Source: Cyanobacteriota bacterium
Lineage (GTDB): Bacteria > Cyanobacteriota > Cyanobacteriia > PCC-6307 > Cyanobiaceae
DNA: 45,487 nucleotides
Assembly: GCA_046047915.1 (NCBI GenBank)
Contig: JBJOHB010000087.1
Location: forward strand, 1 to 45,487
Direction of reading: 5' to 3'
In this document: piece by piece, positions 36,566 to 45,468 of the stretch
How the letters are laid out: every line of letters begins with the position of its first letter
How positions within the stretch are numbered: the stretch's first letter is position 1
The notes under the pieces: model-generated
What the model was told of the DNA's origin: nothing
Databases searched by the model: none
The model's input: only the letters and a program-made list of their open reading frames with translations
Program-made: the position numbers and the translations under genes

Positions 36566-36877
36566 GTGAGTGAGCACTCCCCACGCCAATCCCAGGAGCA
36601 ACGGTCACGGTGGCCCGACGAGGCCCTGCCGACCGCCGTGGCCTTGCATCGCCAGCTGAGCATCGGCGACCGCGACTGGCACGCTTTGAAAGGTCAGCGG
36701 TCCAGGCGGGCAGCCGAACAGCTCGCTGCAGCGCTCGTTCAGCTGCTGAGCGGTGATCAGCCGGCTGCCCCAACCAGCACCGATGCCCGTCAGCGGGCCC
36801 TGGAGCTGCTGGACCATGCCCAGCAGTGGTTGCGGGCCGAGGTCAGCGATCCAGGCTGCCCGCAACACCGTCGTTGA
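36566..36877 (+). CDS. Hypothetical 103-aa protein
   Basis: GTG start and gene-like third-position GC. Soluble, helix-rich sequence ending in SDPGCPQHRR. I recognise no domain. The 3' end overlaps the convergent kinase gene by 35 nt. Confidence 0.4.
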   Translation: MSEHSPRQSQEQRSRWPDEALPTAVALHRQLSIGDRDWHALKGQRSRRAAEQLAAALVQLLSGDQPAAPTSTDARQRALELLDHAQQWLRAEVSDPGCPQHRR

Positions 36878-37280
36878 GCTGGCGAACGGGACGGCTACGG
36901 CTGGCTGCGAGTTGCAACCGGTTGCCCCGGCGGCTCCAGCGCACGTCGTCAAAGCAATGGTGGATCAGAAACAACCCCCGACCCGAGGCTGCATCGCTGT
37001 GTTGGGGCAGACAGCCGGCCCGTCCACAGGTCGGCAATCCCGGGCCCTCATCCTGAACCTGCCAGATCCACCAGCGGGGCGACTCGATGCGACGGATGCG
37101 GATTGATTTGCTTGGGTCACAGCCATTGCCATGCCGCACCGCATTGACCAGGGCTTCCTGAAGCCCCAGCTGAAGACGGGACTGGAGTTCGTGGCAACGC
37201 ACAGGCTCCAGCAACAGGTCCAGCAACGGGGCCAGCTGAAGCGTCGATGGGGTGATGAAGTCGCTCCAACGCAGGCTCAC
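36843..37280 (-). CDS. RsbW/SpoIIAB-type anti-sigma regulatory factor (HATPase_c serine kinase)
   Basis: N-box LQEALVNAVRHGN, G1 VQDEGPGL, G2 SGRGLFLIHHCFD. Length is 145 aa. No STAS-domain antagonist, PP2C phosphatase or sigma factor is present in the window. Confidence 0.75.
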   Translation of the reverse strand: MSLRWSDFITPSTLQLAPLLDLLLEPVRCHELQSRLQLGLQEALVNAVRHGNGCDPSKSIRIRRIESPRWWIWQVQDEGPGLPTCGRAGCLPQHSDAASGRGLFLIHHCFDDVRWSRRGNRLQLAASRSRPVRQLNDGVAGSLDR

Positions 37281-37323
37281 CGGCTGGGTCGCATCGCCGA
37301 TTTGACCCTAGGCCAAAGGGGCT

Positions 37324-38118
37324 TCAGCGCCCCGGGGCTGCAGCGGCTAACCGTTGCTGCAGCGACGGATGGTTGAGCAGGGCATCCATCAGGCGGACGC
37401 CCCGCAGCTGATTGACCAGGGGCATGTGCCCCTCGGGAGCGTCCAGCGACCAGGTGAACGACCCGGGATAGCGGGTCCAAATGCCGGCGGCCTTCCAGCC
37501 GATGCGCGGCCATAACTGCTCCCAGCGGTCGTTGCAACCACGCAGCAGCCTGGCCTGAACCGAAAAGCCGAAACGGCCCTGCGAGTAGCAAACCCAGAGG
37601 CGATCCAGGCTCTGCAGGTCGACCCCAGGCATGGGTGGGACCTCGCTGTAATACACGTAGCCGCGGCGTTCGGCGGCCTCACCCGCCAACTGGCGCAACC
37701 GTTCGCTGGTCAGGCGATCGGCCTGCTCAAACCGCTGTTCGGCGAGGGCTCGCTGCACAGGGGCGTAATCGAGCCCGCAGCCGCTCAGGGCAGCCAGCCA
37801 TCCCTCGGGATAGCGCTCCCACCAAGCTTGAACACGCTGGGGATCGGCCCCTTCGAGGAACAGTTGGATCAGAGTGCCCGCCGCCCAGTCATCGCCGGTG
37901 GGGTCGAGGCGGTCCAGGTGGTCCTCGATCAGCCCAACCAGCTCCTGCTGTCGCGCTTTGAGCTGGGGCAACAGCGAACGTCGCTGGCGCGGCGCAGACG
38001 CCACAAAGCGATCCAGCAACTGCTCGGCGGTGACGGCGACCGGTGAACCGGAGAGCATGGGGAGGTCGGCGGCTGACCACAGTGGGCCCACTATGTCAGT
38101 TGCATCCCTGAGCTCCAT
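37324..38118 (-). CDS. GUN4/Ycf53-like protein
   Basis: C-terminal GUN4-domain blocks: LDYAPVQRALAEQRFEQADRLTSERLRQLAG, PGVDLQSLDRLWVCYSQGRFGFSVQARL, IGWK, LDAPEGHMP. I trimmed the start to the ATG at 38118. An ATG at 38058 is an alternative. Confidence 0.8.
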   Translation of the reverse strand: MELRDATDIVGPLWSAADLPMLSGSPVAVTAEQLLDRFVASAPRQRRSLLPQLKARQQELVGLIEDHLDRLDPTGDDWAAGTLIQLFLEGADPQRVQAWWERYPEGWLAALSGCGLDYAPVQRALAEQRFEQADRLTSERLRQLAGEAAERRGYVYYSEVPPMPGVDLQSLDRLWVCYSQGRFGFSVQARLLRGCNDRWEQLWPRIGWKAAGIWTRYPGSFTWSLDAPEGHMPLVNQLRGVRLMDALLNHPSLQQRLAAAAPGR

Positions 38119-39181
38119 GGCACAGCCGCACGGGCGAACAAGTGCCCTGCCTGGCTTTCTCGAGCACGAGGCCCCCCTGCTGGATGTGCGCAGCCCGAGC
38201 GAATTCAGCCAGGGGCATATCCCTGGAGCGATCAACCTGCCGCTGTTCAGCGATCAGGAACGGGCCGCAGTCGGCACGGCCTACAAGCAACAGGGCCGGC
38301 AAACCGCCGTACTGCTAGGCCTCGAGGCGATTGGTCCGCGGCTCGAGCGGCTGGCCCAGGACCTGATCCACCACAGCCGCGGGACTGGGGGGGTACGGCT
38401 CTACTGCTGGCGGGGTGGCATGCGCTCGGCGAGCGTGGCCTGGCTGGCGGGAACCGTCGACCTCGACTGCCAACTGCTGGCAGGCGGTTACAAGTCCTAT
38501 CGGCGCTGGGTGCTCTCCAGGTTTGAGCAACCATGGCCGCTGATCGTGCTCGGCGGCCGTACCGGCTGCGGCAAGACCGACCTGCTGCTGGCGCTGCAGG
38601 CCCGGGGTGTGGCCGTGGTTGACCTGGAGGGGTTGGCCCATCACCGCGGCAGCAGCTTTGGCGGCCTTGGTCAGCCACCGCAGCCCAGCAGCGAACACTT
38701 TGAGAATCGCCTCGCCGACGCGCTCTGGCGCTGTCCCGACGCCAGCGCCATCTGGCTGGAGGCCGAGAGCGCCCAGGTGGGGCGATGCCGCATTCCGGCG
38801 GCCTTCTGGCGGCAGATGCAACAGGCTGGGGTGGTGGAACTGCAGCGTCCAACCCATGAACGGGTGCAGCGGCTGGTCGCCGTCTACGGGGCCCAGCCCC
38901 GCGAGCAGCTGCGCAGCGCAACTGAACGCATCGCCCGACGCCTGGGCCCCCAGCGCACGGCCCTGGCCGTGGCGGCCATCGATGCCGGCGACATGGCCGC
39001 CGCCTGCGAGCAGATGCTCGATTACTACGACCGTTGCTATGATCACGAGCTGGCTCAGCGTCCCCGCAGCCCGCTGATGCAATGCGATGGCGGCGGTTGC
39101 AGCGAAGCCGAGCTGGCCGATCGGCTGTGCCGATGGCAGCCCCCCATGCCACCGGAACCTGCTGCCGTCACCCTCGCCTAA
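38117..39181 (+). CDS. selU: tRNA 2-selenouridine synthase
   Basis: Rhodanese part [40 protein letters not shown] with active-site [10 protein letters not shown]-loop [23 protein letters not shown]. Start is either the ATG at 38117 (MAQPHG..) or the ATG at 38093 (MSVASLSS..). Confidence 0.85.
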   Translation: MAQPHGRTSALPGFLEHEAPLLDVRSPSEFSQGHIPGAINLPLFSDQERAAVGTAYKQQGRQTAVLLGLEAIGPRLERLAQDLIHHSRGTGGVRLYCWRGGMRSASVAWLAGTVDLDCQLLAGGYKSYRRWVLSRFEQPWPLIVLGGRTGCGKTDLLLALQARGVAVVDLEGLAHHRGSSFGGLGQPPQPSSEHFENRLADALWRCPDASAIWLEAESAQVGRCRIPAAFWRQMQQAGVVELQRPTHERVQRLVAVYGAQPREQLRSATERIARRLGPQRTALAVAAIDAGDMAAACEQMLDYYDRCYDHELAQRPRSPLMQCDGGGCSEAELADRLCRWQPPMPPEPAAVTLA

Positions 39182-39203
39182 CATCAGCCTTTGCCGACTC
39201 ACC

Positions 39204-39563
39204 ATGGGCGCCGCCATTCAGTTCTTTCGCGGCGTCGATGAACCCGTCGTCCCCGACATCCGTCTGACCCGCTCCCGCGATGGCCGCACCGGACAGGCGC
39301 TGTTCGTGTTCGAGCAACCGGATGCCCTGGCCCCCGAGACGATGGGGGACATCACCGGCATGTTCATGGTTGACGACGAGGGATCCCTGGTGACCCGCGA
39401 GGTCAAAGCCCGCTTCGTCAACGGCAAGGCCAGCGCGCTGGAATGCACCTACACCTGGAAGAACACCGAGGACTTCGAGCGGTTCATGCGTTTTGCCCAG
39501 CGTTATGCCGAGAGCCATGACCTGGGCTTCAGCGGCCGCGAGGAGGGAGGCGACGAGGCTTGA
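39204..39563 (+). CDS. psb28: Photosystem II assembly factor Psb28
   Basis: [42 protein letters not shown]...[23 protein letters not shown]...[15 protein letters not shown]. This is classic Psb28 sequence. I trimmed the start to the ATG at 39204. Confidence 0.93.
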   Translation: MGAAIQFFRGVDEPVVPDIRLTRSRDGRTGQALFVFEQPDALAPETMGDITGMFMVDDEGSLVTREVKARFVNGKASALECTYTWKNTEDFERFMRFAQRYAESHDLGFSGREEGGDEA

Positions 39564-40612
39564 AATTTGGCCAGTGGCTCGGGCTGATCGCCCTGATCAC
39601 AGCGCTGGTGTTGCTCTGGCACCTGCGGGAAAGCCTGATTCACCTGTTTGCGGCGGTGGTGATGGCCATGGCCCTATGCACGCTGGTGGGCTGGATCCAG
39701 CGGCGCCTGGGCTGCCCCAGACCCGTGGCCCTGCTGATCAGCTTGGCGTTGGTGGCCGTGCTGCTGGCGGTTGTCGCCACGGCGGTCATCCCCCCTTTTG
39801 TCAGCCAGTTCGCGCAGTTGCTCAGCAAGCTCCCTGAAGCGGCACAAACCCTGCTGGAGCTGGTGCGCAGCGCCATGGTCAACGTCAGCCAGATGCTCTA
39901 CGGCCATGGCGATGCTGCCCTGAACTGGCTGAAGCAAAGCTTGCAGACGCCGCCCCAGGGCCTGGGCAGCAGCGCTGCCAGGTTGCTCGATTGGGCCGAG
40001 AACCTGGGGACGGGGCTGATTCAGACCCTGTTTGTGGTGGCCGTGGCCCTGATGATCAGCACCCAGCCCCAGGCCTACCGCGAGGTGGCGGTGCTGCTGG
40101 TGCCGTCGTTTTATCGCCGCCGCTTTCGCCAGGTGCTGATCGCCTGCGGCCAGGCGTTGAGCGCCTGGATGGTGGGTGTGCTGGTCAGCTCCCTGTGCGT
40201 GGGCACCCTGGCTGCCATCGGCCTGTCGCTGCTGGGGGTCAAACTGGTGGCTGCCAATGCCGTTCTGGCAGGGCTGCTGAATGTGATTCCCAACCTGGGA
40301 CCGACCCTCAGCACCCTGTTCCCGATGTCGGTCGCCTTGTTGGACAGCCCTTGGAAGTCGCTGGCGGTGCTGGGCCTCTACATCGCCGTGCAGAACCTCG
40401 AGAGCTACGTGATCACCCCATCGGTGATGCACCATCAGCTGCGCCTGCTGCCCGGTCTGACCCTGACGGCTCAGTTGGTGTTCACCGTGCTGTTCGGGCC
40501 GCTGGGACTGCTGTTGGCCCTGCCGTTGGGGGTCTGTGTTCAGGTCGTCGTGCGCGAGGTGTTGATTCGCGACATTCTTGATCCCTGGAAGCGCCTGCGC
40601 CTAGCCCGATGA
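39560..40612 (+). CDS. AI-2E family transporter (PerM/UPF0118), copy 1
   Basis: About 8 TM helices, with conserved C-terminal blocks [11 protein letters not shown] and [14 protein letters not shown]. The TTG start overlaps the psb28 stop. Confidence 0.8.
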   Translation: MKFGQWLGLIALITALVLLWHLRESLIHLFAAVVMAMALCTLVGWIQRRLGCPRPVALLISLALVAVLLAVVATAVIPPFVSQFAQLLSKLPEAAQTLLELVRSAMVNVSQMLYGHGDAALNWLKQSLQTPPQGLGSSAARLLDWAENLGTGLIQTLFVVAVALMISTQPQAYREVAVLLVPSFYRRRFRQVLIACGQALSAWMVGVLVSSLCVGTLAAIGLSLLGVKLVAANAVLAGLLNVIPNLGPTLSTLFPMSVALLDSPWKSLAVLGLYIAVQNLESYVITPSVMHHQLRLLPGLTLTAQLVFTVLFGPLGLLLALPLGVCVQVVVREVLIRDILDPWKRLRLAR

Positions 40613-41610
40613 ACGCGCGCACCATCTTGGGGGCCTTGGCCCTGATCGTGCTGGCTCTGTTGGCCTGGGAGCTGCGCTGGGTGCTGCTGGTGTTGTTCGG
40701 CTCGGTCGTGCTGGCGGTGGCGCTCGACGTCCCGATCAGTCTGTTGCGCCGAATTCTGCCGTTGAACCGTCCGGCGGCACTGGTGCTGGAGCTGGTGGTG
40801 CTGGTGCTGGTTGGAGGTCTGTTGGCCCAGCAGCTGTTGCCTGAGCTGATCGATCAGGTGCAACAACTGGGCGACCTGTTGCCGCAGCTGGTCAGCCTGT
40901 TCGATCGGCTGACCCGTGAAATCAGCTGGTTACCGGATCTTGAGCGTGGCCTGATCGACGGGTCGATGTGGCAACGGCTGCAACCCCTGGGCGGACAGCT
41001 GCTGGGCTTTGCCGGCGGTGCCGCCAGCGCCACGGTGCAGTTGTTGCTGATGCTGCTGCTGGCCGTGTTGCTGGCCCTGGACCCCCGCGCCCACCAACGT
41101 CTGCTGGTGGGCATCACGCCGCGGTTCTACCGCGCCGACATGCAAAGCCTGCTGAGCCGTTGCCGGGCGGCCCTGGGGGGGTGGTTGGCCGGCATGACCC
41201 TGTCGGCACTGAGCGTGTTTCTGCTGACCTGGGCGGGGCTGGCGCTGCTGCATATCCCCCTGGCCCTGCTCAGTGCCCTGGTTTGCGGGCTGTTGACCTT
41301 TGTGCCGACGATCGGCCCCACGGCCGCCACGCTGCTGCCCCTGGCGGTGGCCCTGCTGGTTTCGCCGACGGCGGTGCTTCAGGTGCTGGTGCTGCGGCTG
41401 GCGCTGCAGAACGTGGAAGCGTTTTTGATCACACCGTTGCTGCTCAGCCAAACCGTGAATCTGCTGCCGACGGTAGCGTTGATGGCCCAGCTCAGCCTGG
41501 GAGCCCTGCTCGGGCTGCCAGGTGTGCTGCTGGCCCTGCCCTTGGTGGTGGTCCTTCAGGTGATCTGCCAGCAGGTCGTGGTCAGGGACGTGATGGACCG
41601 CTGGGTCTGA
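40609..41610 (+). CDS. AI-2E family transporter (PerM/UPF0118), copy 2
   Basis: Same architecture, with blocks TFVPTIGPTAA and LQNVEAFLITPLLL. There is an ATGA overlap with copy 1. Confidence 0.8.
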   Translation: MNARTILGALALIVLALLAWELRWVLLVLFGSVVLAVALDVPISLLRRILPLNRPAALVLELVVLVLVGGLLAQQLLPELIDQVQQLGDLLPQLVSLFDRLTREISWLPDLERGLIDGSMWQRLQPLGGQLLGFAGGAASATVQLLLMLLLAVLLALDPRAHQRLLVGITPRFYRADMQSLLSRCRAALGGWLAGMTLSALSVFLLTWAGLALLHIPLALLSALVCGLLTFVPTIGPTAATLLPLAVALLVSPTAVLQVLVLRLALQNVEAFLITPLLLSQTVNLLPTVALMAQLSLGALLGLPGVLLALPLVVVLQVICQQVVVRDVMDRWV

Positions 41611-41617
41611 GCTGATC

Positions 41618-41836
41618 TCAGGGCTGACGGGTGCGACGCACCATCATCGAGGGCAGCAATAGCAGCACGACGACCGCCAGCGGATGGTTCCAGATCGCCG
41701 CACCCAGACTGCTGACGGTGAAGTGATCACGCAACAGCTGCAGCTCGATGCGCAGATCCCAGAGCGCCAGCGCTCCCAGCAAAAGACCCGTTGATGGACT
41801 GGCCAGACCAGGTCGAGACGCGGGGGAGCGGCTCAC
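41618..41836 (-). CDS. Possible 72-aa two-TM protein immediately after secF
   Basis: The GTG start directly abuts the secF TAA stop (TAAGTG). Two hydrophobic stretches are present (GLLLGALALW, PLAVVVLLLLPSMM). Third-position GC is gene-like. No recognisable family. Confidence 0.4.
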   Translation of the reverse strand: MSRSPASRPGLASPSTGLLLGALALWDLRIELQLLRDHFTVSSLGAAIWNHPLAVVVLLLLPSMMVRRTRQP

Positions 41837-42799
41837 TTAACGGCGGGCAAACAACGGCAGCAGGGTTGGGGCAACGCCAATGCTGCTCCAGCTGCCGACA
41901 GCGATGCCAATGGTCAACGCCACAGCAAACCAGAACAGGGTGCTGCCGCCAAAAAAGATCAGGGCCAACAGCGGCATCAGGGTGGTGAGGCTTGTGTACA
42001 GGGAACGGGTCAGGGTCGCATCCACGGCGACATCGACCTGATCGGCCACAGGCAGTGAGGCCAAGGTGGTCTGCTGCTCACGAATGCGGTCAAAGACCAC
42101 CACGGTGTCGGTCACCGAATAACCCGCAACGGTGATCAACGAAACGGCAAAGAGGGAGTCGACCTCGACGCCGCGCAACAGACCCAACCAGGCGAACACG
42201 CCACAGGTGATCAGCACATCGTGGGCAAGACAGACAAGAGCCAGGGCGGCATAGACCTTGTCATAACGAAAGGTGATGTAGGCGGCGATGGCGGCAAAGC
42301 TCACCAGCAACGACACCAGGCTGCCTCGCAGCAACTGATCACCCAGGGTTGGACCGATCGTGTTGATCGAGGTGCCCGCAGGATTGAGCGGACCCAGGAT
42401 CTTGCCCAGGGCTGTACTCACCTGGTTGGCCTGCTCGGGGGTCAGTTCGGGCAATCGCAGCAGCAGCGAGCGTCCCTCGTCCAGCACCTGAACCTGGGCT
42501 GACTCCAGGCTTGGTTCCACCGCGTCTGGATTGGCCGCAAAAGACAGTTGCTGGAGACCCTGCTGGATCTGAGAAGCCGTGATTGCCGAACAGTCGCTGG
42601 TGCACTGCCGCTCCAGCTGGATCTGGGTGCCACCGGTGAAATCGAGACCAGGCTTCAGCGGCAGGCCGATCGCAGGATTTAGCCAACACAGCAGCATGCC
42701 CACCAGGCTGAGCAGACAGGCCAGTCCCGAGCCCCACCAGGCCAGTTGGCGGTAGCGGCTGATCCGAAAGCGGACGGGGGGCATCACGACGGAAGACAT
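41837..42799 (-). CDS. secF: Protein translocase subunit SecF
   Basis: LDFTGGTQIQL, GPTLGDQLLRGSLVSLLVSF, and the SVTDTVVVFDRIRE block. Confidence 0.92.
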   Translation of the reverse strand: MSSVVMPPVRFRISRYRQLAWWGSGLACLLSLVGMLLCWLNPAIGLPLKPGLDFTGGTQIQLERQCTSDCSAITASQIQQGLQQLSFAANPDAVEPSLESAQVQVLDEGRSLLLRLPELTPEQANQVSTALGKILGPLNPAGTSINTIGPTLGDQLLRGSLVSLLVSFAAIAAYITFRYDKVYAALALVCLAHDVLITCGVFAWLGLLRGVEVDSLFAVSLITVAGYSVTDTVVVFDRIREQQTTLASLPVADQVDVAVDATLTRSLYTSLTTLMPLLALIFFGGSTLFWFAVALTIGIAVGSWSSIGVAPTLLPLFARR

Positions 42800-44319
42800 C
42801 AGGAGGCTCTGGCGGGCAGTTGCCGGGCCGGCAAAAAGTTGGTGGTGCGACGCAGCGAGGGGTACGCCATCAACAGGCGCAAAATCGACCGGGTGCAGGT
42901 GAGAGCTGTGAACAGACTGAGCACCAAACCGATGGCCAGGGTCACAGCAAACCCCTTAACCAGACCCGTTCCCAGTGCGAACAGAGCCACACAACTGATC
43001 AGACCGGTGACATGGCCGTCAAGAATCGAGGACAGGGCCTGGGCAAAGCCCGTTTCAATCGATCGGATCAAGGTATTGCCGCTGCGCAGTTCCTCTTTGA
43101 CACGCTCAAAGATCAGCACGTTGGCATCGACCGCCATGCCGATGGAGAGAATGAAACCGGCGATGCCTGGCAAGGTCAGGGTTACCGGAATCAAGGCATA
43201 AACCGCCAGGTTGAACAGGGCGTAAAGGCTCAAGGAGATGACCGCCACCAACCCGGGCAGGCGGTACACCACAACCATGAACAGCCCCACCAAGGCCAGG
43301 CCGCTCAGGCCTGCCGCCAGGCTGGTGCGAATGTTTTCGGCTCCCAGCGAGGGGCCGACGGTGCGCACTTCGATGATGCGGACCGGCAGCGGCAGCGAGC
43401 CACCTCGCAGCTGAACCTCCAGATCCCTTGCCTCATCGGCGGTGAAATTGCCTGTGATCGTGGCACCACCTCCGGAGATACCAGCGGCCTTGAATTCGGG
43501 ACCGACGCTGGCCTCGCTGATCGAGCGTCCATCGAGAACGATCCCCAGCAGCCGCCCCGTGCCGGCAATCGAACGGGTCAATTCAGCAAATTTTTCGCCG
43601 CCTTCACGGCTGAAGCTGAGGGTGACATCCCAGGAGGTGCCGGACTGTTGTTGCTGGCGGCCGGCACTGATCAAATCGCGGCCGCTCAGATTGGAGGGTT
43701 CGTAGAGGGCAACGATGCGCTGGTTGACGGCATCCAACAACAATTCAAGCTGACGTTGTTCACTGCTGCCGGCCGGCACCTGGACCCCGAGCTGGTTCAG
43801 GGCACGGGCCAGCTCTTCGGCCTTGATCGTGGATTGGGCAGGCTGCTGTTGCGCATCGCCGCTCCCCGCAGCTGCATTGCTGTCTTCAGCCGAACGGGGT
43901 TTCACACGGTTCAAGACCGCCGTGGCCTGACGCTTGAGCTGAAGCAACCCCTGCATCTCCTGTTCGGTGCCTGGCTTCTGCGACTTGAACTCGAGCAGGG
44001 CGGTGCTGCCCAGAACATTGGCCGCACGGGTTGGATCCTGTTCACCAGGCAGCTGCAGCACCAGCTGATCGTTGCCCACGGTCTGCAGCGTTGATTCGGC
44101 CACGCCCAAGCCGTTGATGCGACGCTCCAGCACTTCCTTGACAGCCTCAAGTTGCTCGGGCTGAACGGTCTTGACCGCACCGGCGGGCATCACCTGCAGC
44201 ATCAATTGACTGCCGCCCCGCAAGTCCAGACCGAGCTTGAGGGGAAAGCTGAACAACAGAGCCCCGGCAGCAATGGCCAAGGCGAGGATCAGGGCGATCC
44301 AACCCTGCTGACGGGCCAT
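42799..44319 (-). CDS. secD: Protein translocase subunit SecD
   Basis: GLDLRGGSQLMLQV, VGPSLGAENI, LPGIAGFILSIGMAVDANVLIFERVKEE. There is a 1-nt overlap with the secF start. Confidence 0.92.
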   Translation of the reverse strand: MARQQGWIALILALAIAAGALLFSFPLKLGLDLRGGSQLMLQVMPAGAVKTVQPEQLEAVKEVLERRINGLGVAESTLQTVGNDQLVLQLPGEQDPTRAANVLGSTALLEFKSQKPGTEQEMQGLLQLKRQATAVLNRVKPRSAEDSNAAAGSGDAQQQPAQSTIKAEELARALNQLGVQVPAGSSEQRQLELLLDAVNQRIVALYEPSNLSGRDLISAGRQQQQSGTSWDVTLSFSREGGEKFAELTRSIAGTGRLLGIVLDGRSISEASVGPEFKAAGISGGGATITGNFTADEARDLEVQLRGGSLPLPVRIIEVRTVGPSLGAENIRTSLAAGLSGLALVGLFMVVVYRLPGLVAVISLSLYALFNLAVYALIPVTLTLPGIAGFILSIGMAVDANVLIFERVKEELRSGNTLIRSIETGFAQALSSILDGHVTGLISCVALFALGTGLVKGFAVTLAIGLVLSLFTALTCTRSILRLLMAYPSLRRTTNFLPARQLPARAS

Positions 44320-44320
44320 C

Positions 44321-45304
44321 TCAGATCTGACCGGAATGAAGAGCGCGGGCAGCCTCGACGATCTGGTGGGGCTGAATGATCGTCAGGTTCTCGAGCGTGC
44401 CGTTGTAGGGGGTGGGAATGTCTTGGGAAGACAGGCGCACCGGCCTGGCATCCAGGTCATCGAAGCACTGTTCCGTGATCAGCGCCAGCAATTCGGCACC
44501 AATACCACCGGTCTTCATGCACTCCTCCACCACAATGACCTTGTGGGTCTTGCGGATGGAGGCGCGGATGGTCTCCATGTCAAACGGCTTGAGGCTGATC
44601 AGGTCGATCAGTTCGACGTCAATGCCGTCCTGGCTGAACTGTTCCACCGCCTTCAGACAGTGATGGCGCATCCGCGAGTAGGTCAGGATCGTGACGTCCT
44701 TGCCCTCGCGCACGATCTCGGCCCGATCGAGGGCACAGACGTAGTCACCCTCGGGGATGTCCTCGCTGAGGTTGTAGAGCAACACGTGCTCAAAGAACAG
44801 CACAGGGTTGTTGTCGCGAATGGCTGCTTTCATCAGCCCCTTGGCATTGGTGGGTGTGCTGACGGCCACAATCTTGATGCCAGGGACCGCATGGAAATAG
44901 GCCTCTAGCCTCTGACTGTGCTCAGCTCCCAGTTGCCGACCCACTCCACCTGGGCCACGCACGACAGCAGGAATCGTGAAGTTGCCACCGCTTGTATAGC
45001 GGAGCATGCCCATGTTGTTGGAGATCTGGTTGAAGGCCAACAACAGGAACCCCATGTTCATGCCTTCGACGATGGGTCGCAGACCAGTCATCGCTGCGCC
45101 AACAGCCATGCCGGTGAAGGCGTTCTCGGCAATTGGGGTGTCCAGCACCCGCAGTTCGCCGTACTTGTCGTAGAGATCTTTGGTGACCTTGTAGGAGCCC
45201 CCGTACTGGCCAACGTCCTCGCCCATCACGCAGACATGGGGATCGCGGGCCATCTCTTCATCGATGGCTTCACGCAGGGCGTTGAACAGCAGGGTTTCTG
45301 CCAC
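44321..45304 (-). CDS. pdhB: Pyruvate dehydrogenase E1 component beta subunit
   Basis: [68 protein letters not shown], and the transketolase-like C-terminal domain. GTG start. The stop is 1 nt before the secD ATG. Confidence 0.95.
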   Translation of the reverse strand: MAETLLFNALREAIDEEMARDPHVCVMGEDVGQYGGSYKVTKDLYDKYGELRVLDTPIAENAFTGMAVGAAMTGLRPIVEGMNMGFLLLAFNQISNNMGMLRYTSGGNFTIPAVVRGPGGVGRQLGAEHSQRLEAYFHAVPGIKIVAVSTPTNAKGLMKAAIRDNNPVLFFEHVLLYNLSEDIPEGDYVCALDRAEIVREGKDVTILTYSRMRHHCLKAVEQFSQDGIDVELIDLISLKPFDMETIRASIRKTHKVIVVEECMKTGGIGAELLALITEQCFDDLDARPVRLSSQDIPTPYNGTLENLTIIQPHQIVEAARALHSGQI

Positions 45305-45372
45305 GGTGACGTCGTTAGTCCGGCTCAGGCCGGTTGCGGACCCCCACAGATGGGGGCAGGGGCCAACCTATC

Positions 45373-45468
45373 TCAGCCGCCTGCGGCCAGGGTGGCGAGC
45401 AGCAGCACGGACAGCAGCATGGCCGGCAACAGCAGCGTCACCAGCAGACCCAGGTCGTGAACCGTCAT
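45373..45468 (-). CDS. Speculative 31-aa hydrophobic peptide upstream of pdhB
   Basis: My translation is MTVHDLGLLVTLLLPAMLLSVLLLATLAAGG*. It has an ATG start and one predicted TM helix. It is below the track cutoff and very close to the window edge. There is no supporting motif. Confidence 0.25.
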   Translation of the reverse strand: MTVHDLGLLVTLLLPAMLLSVLLLATLAAGG

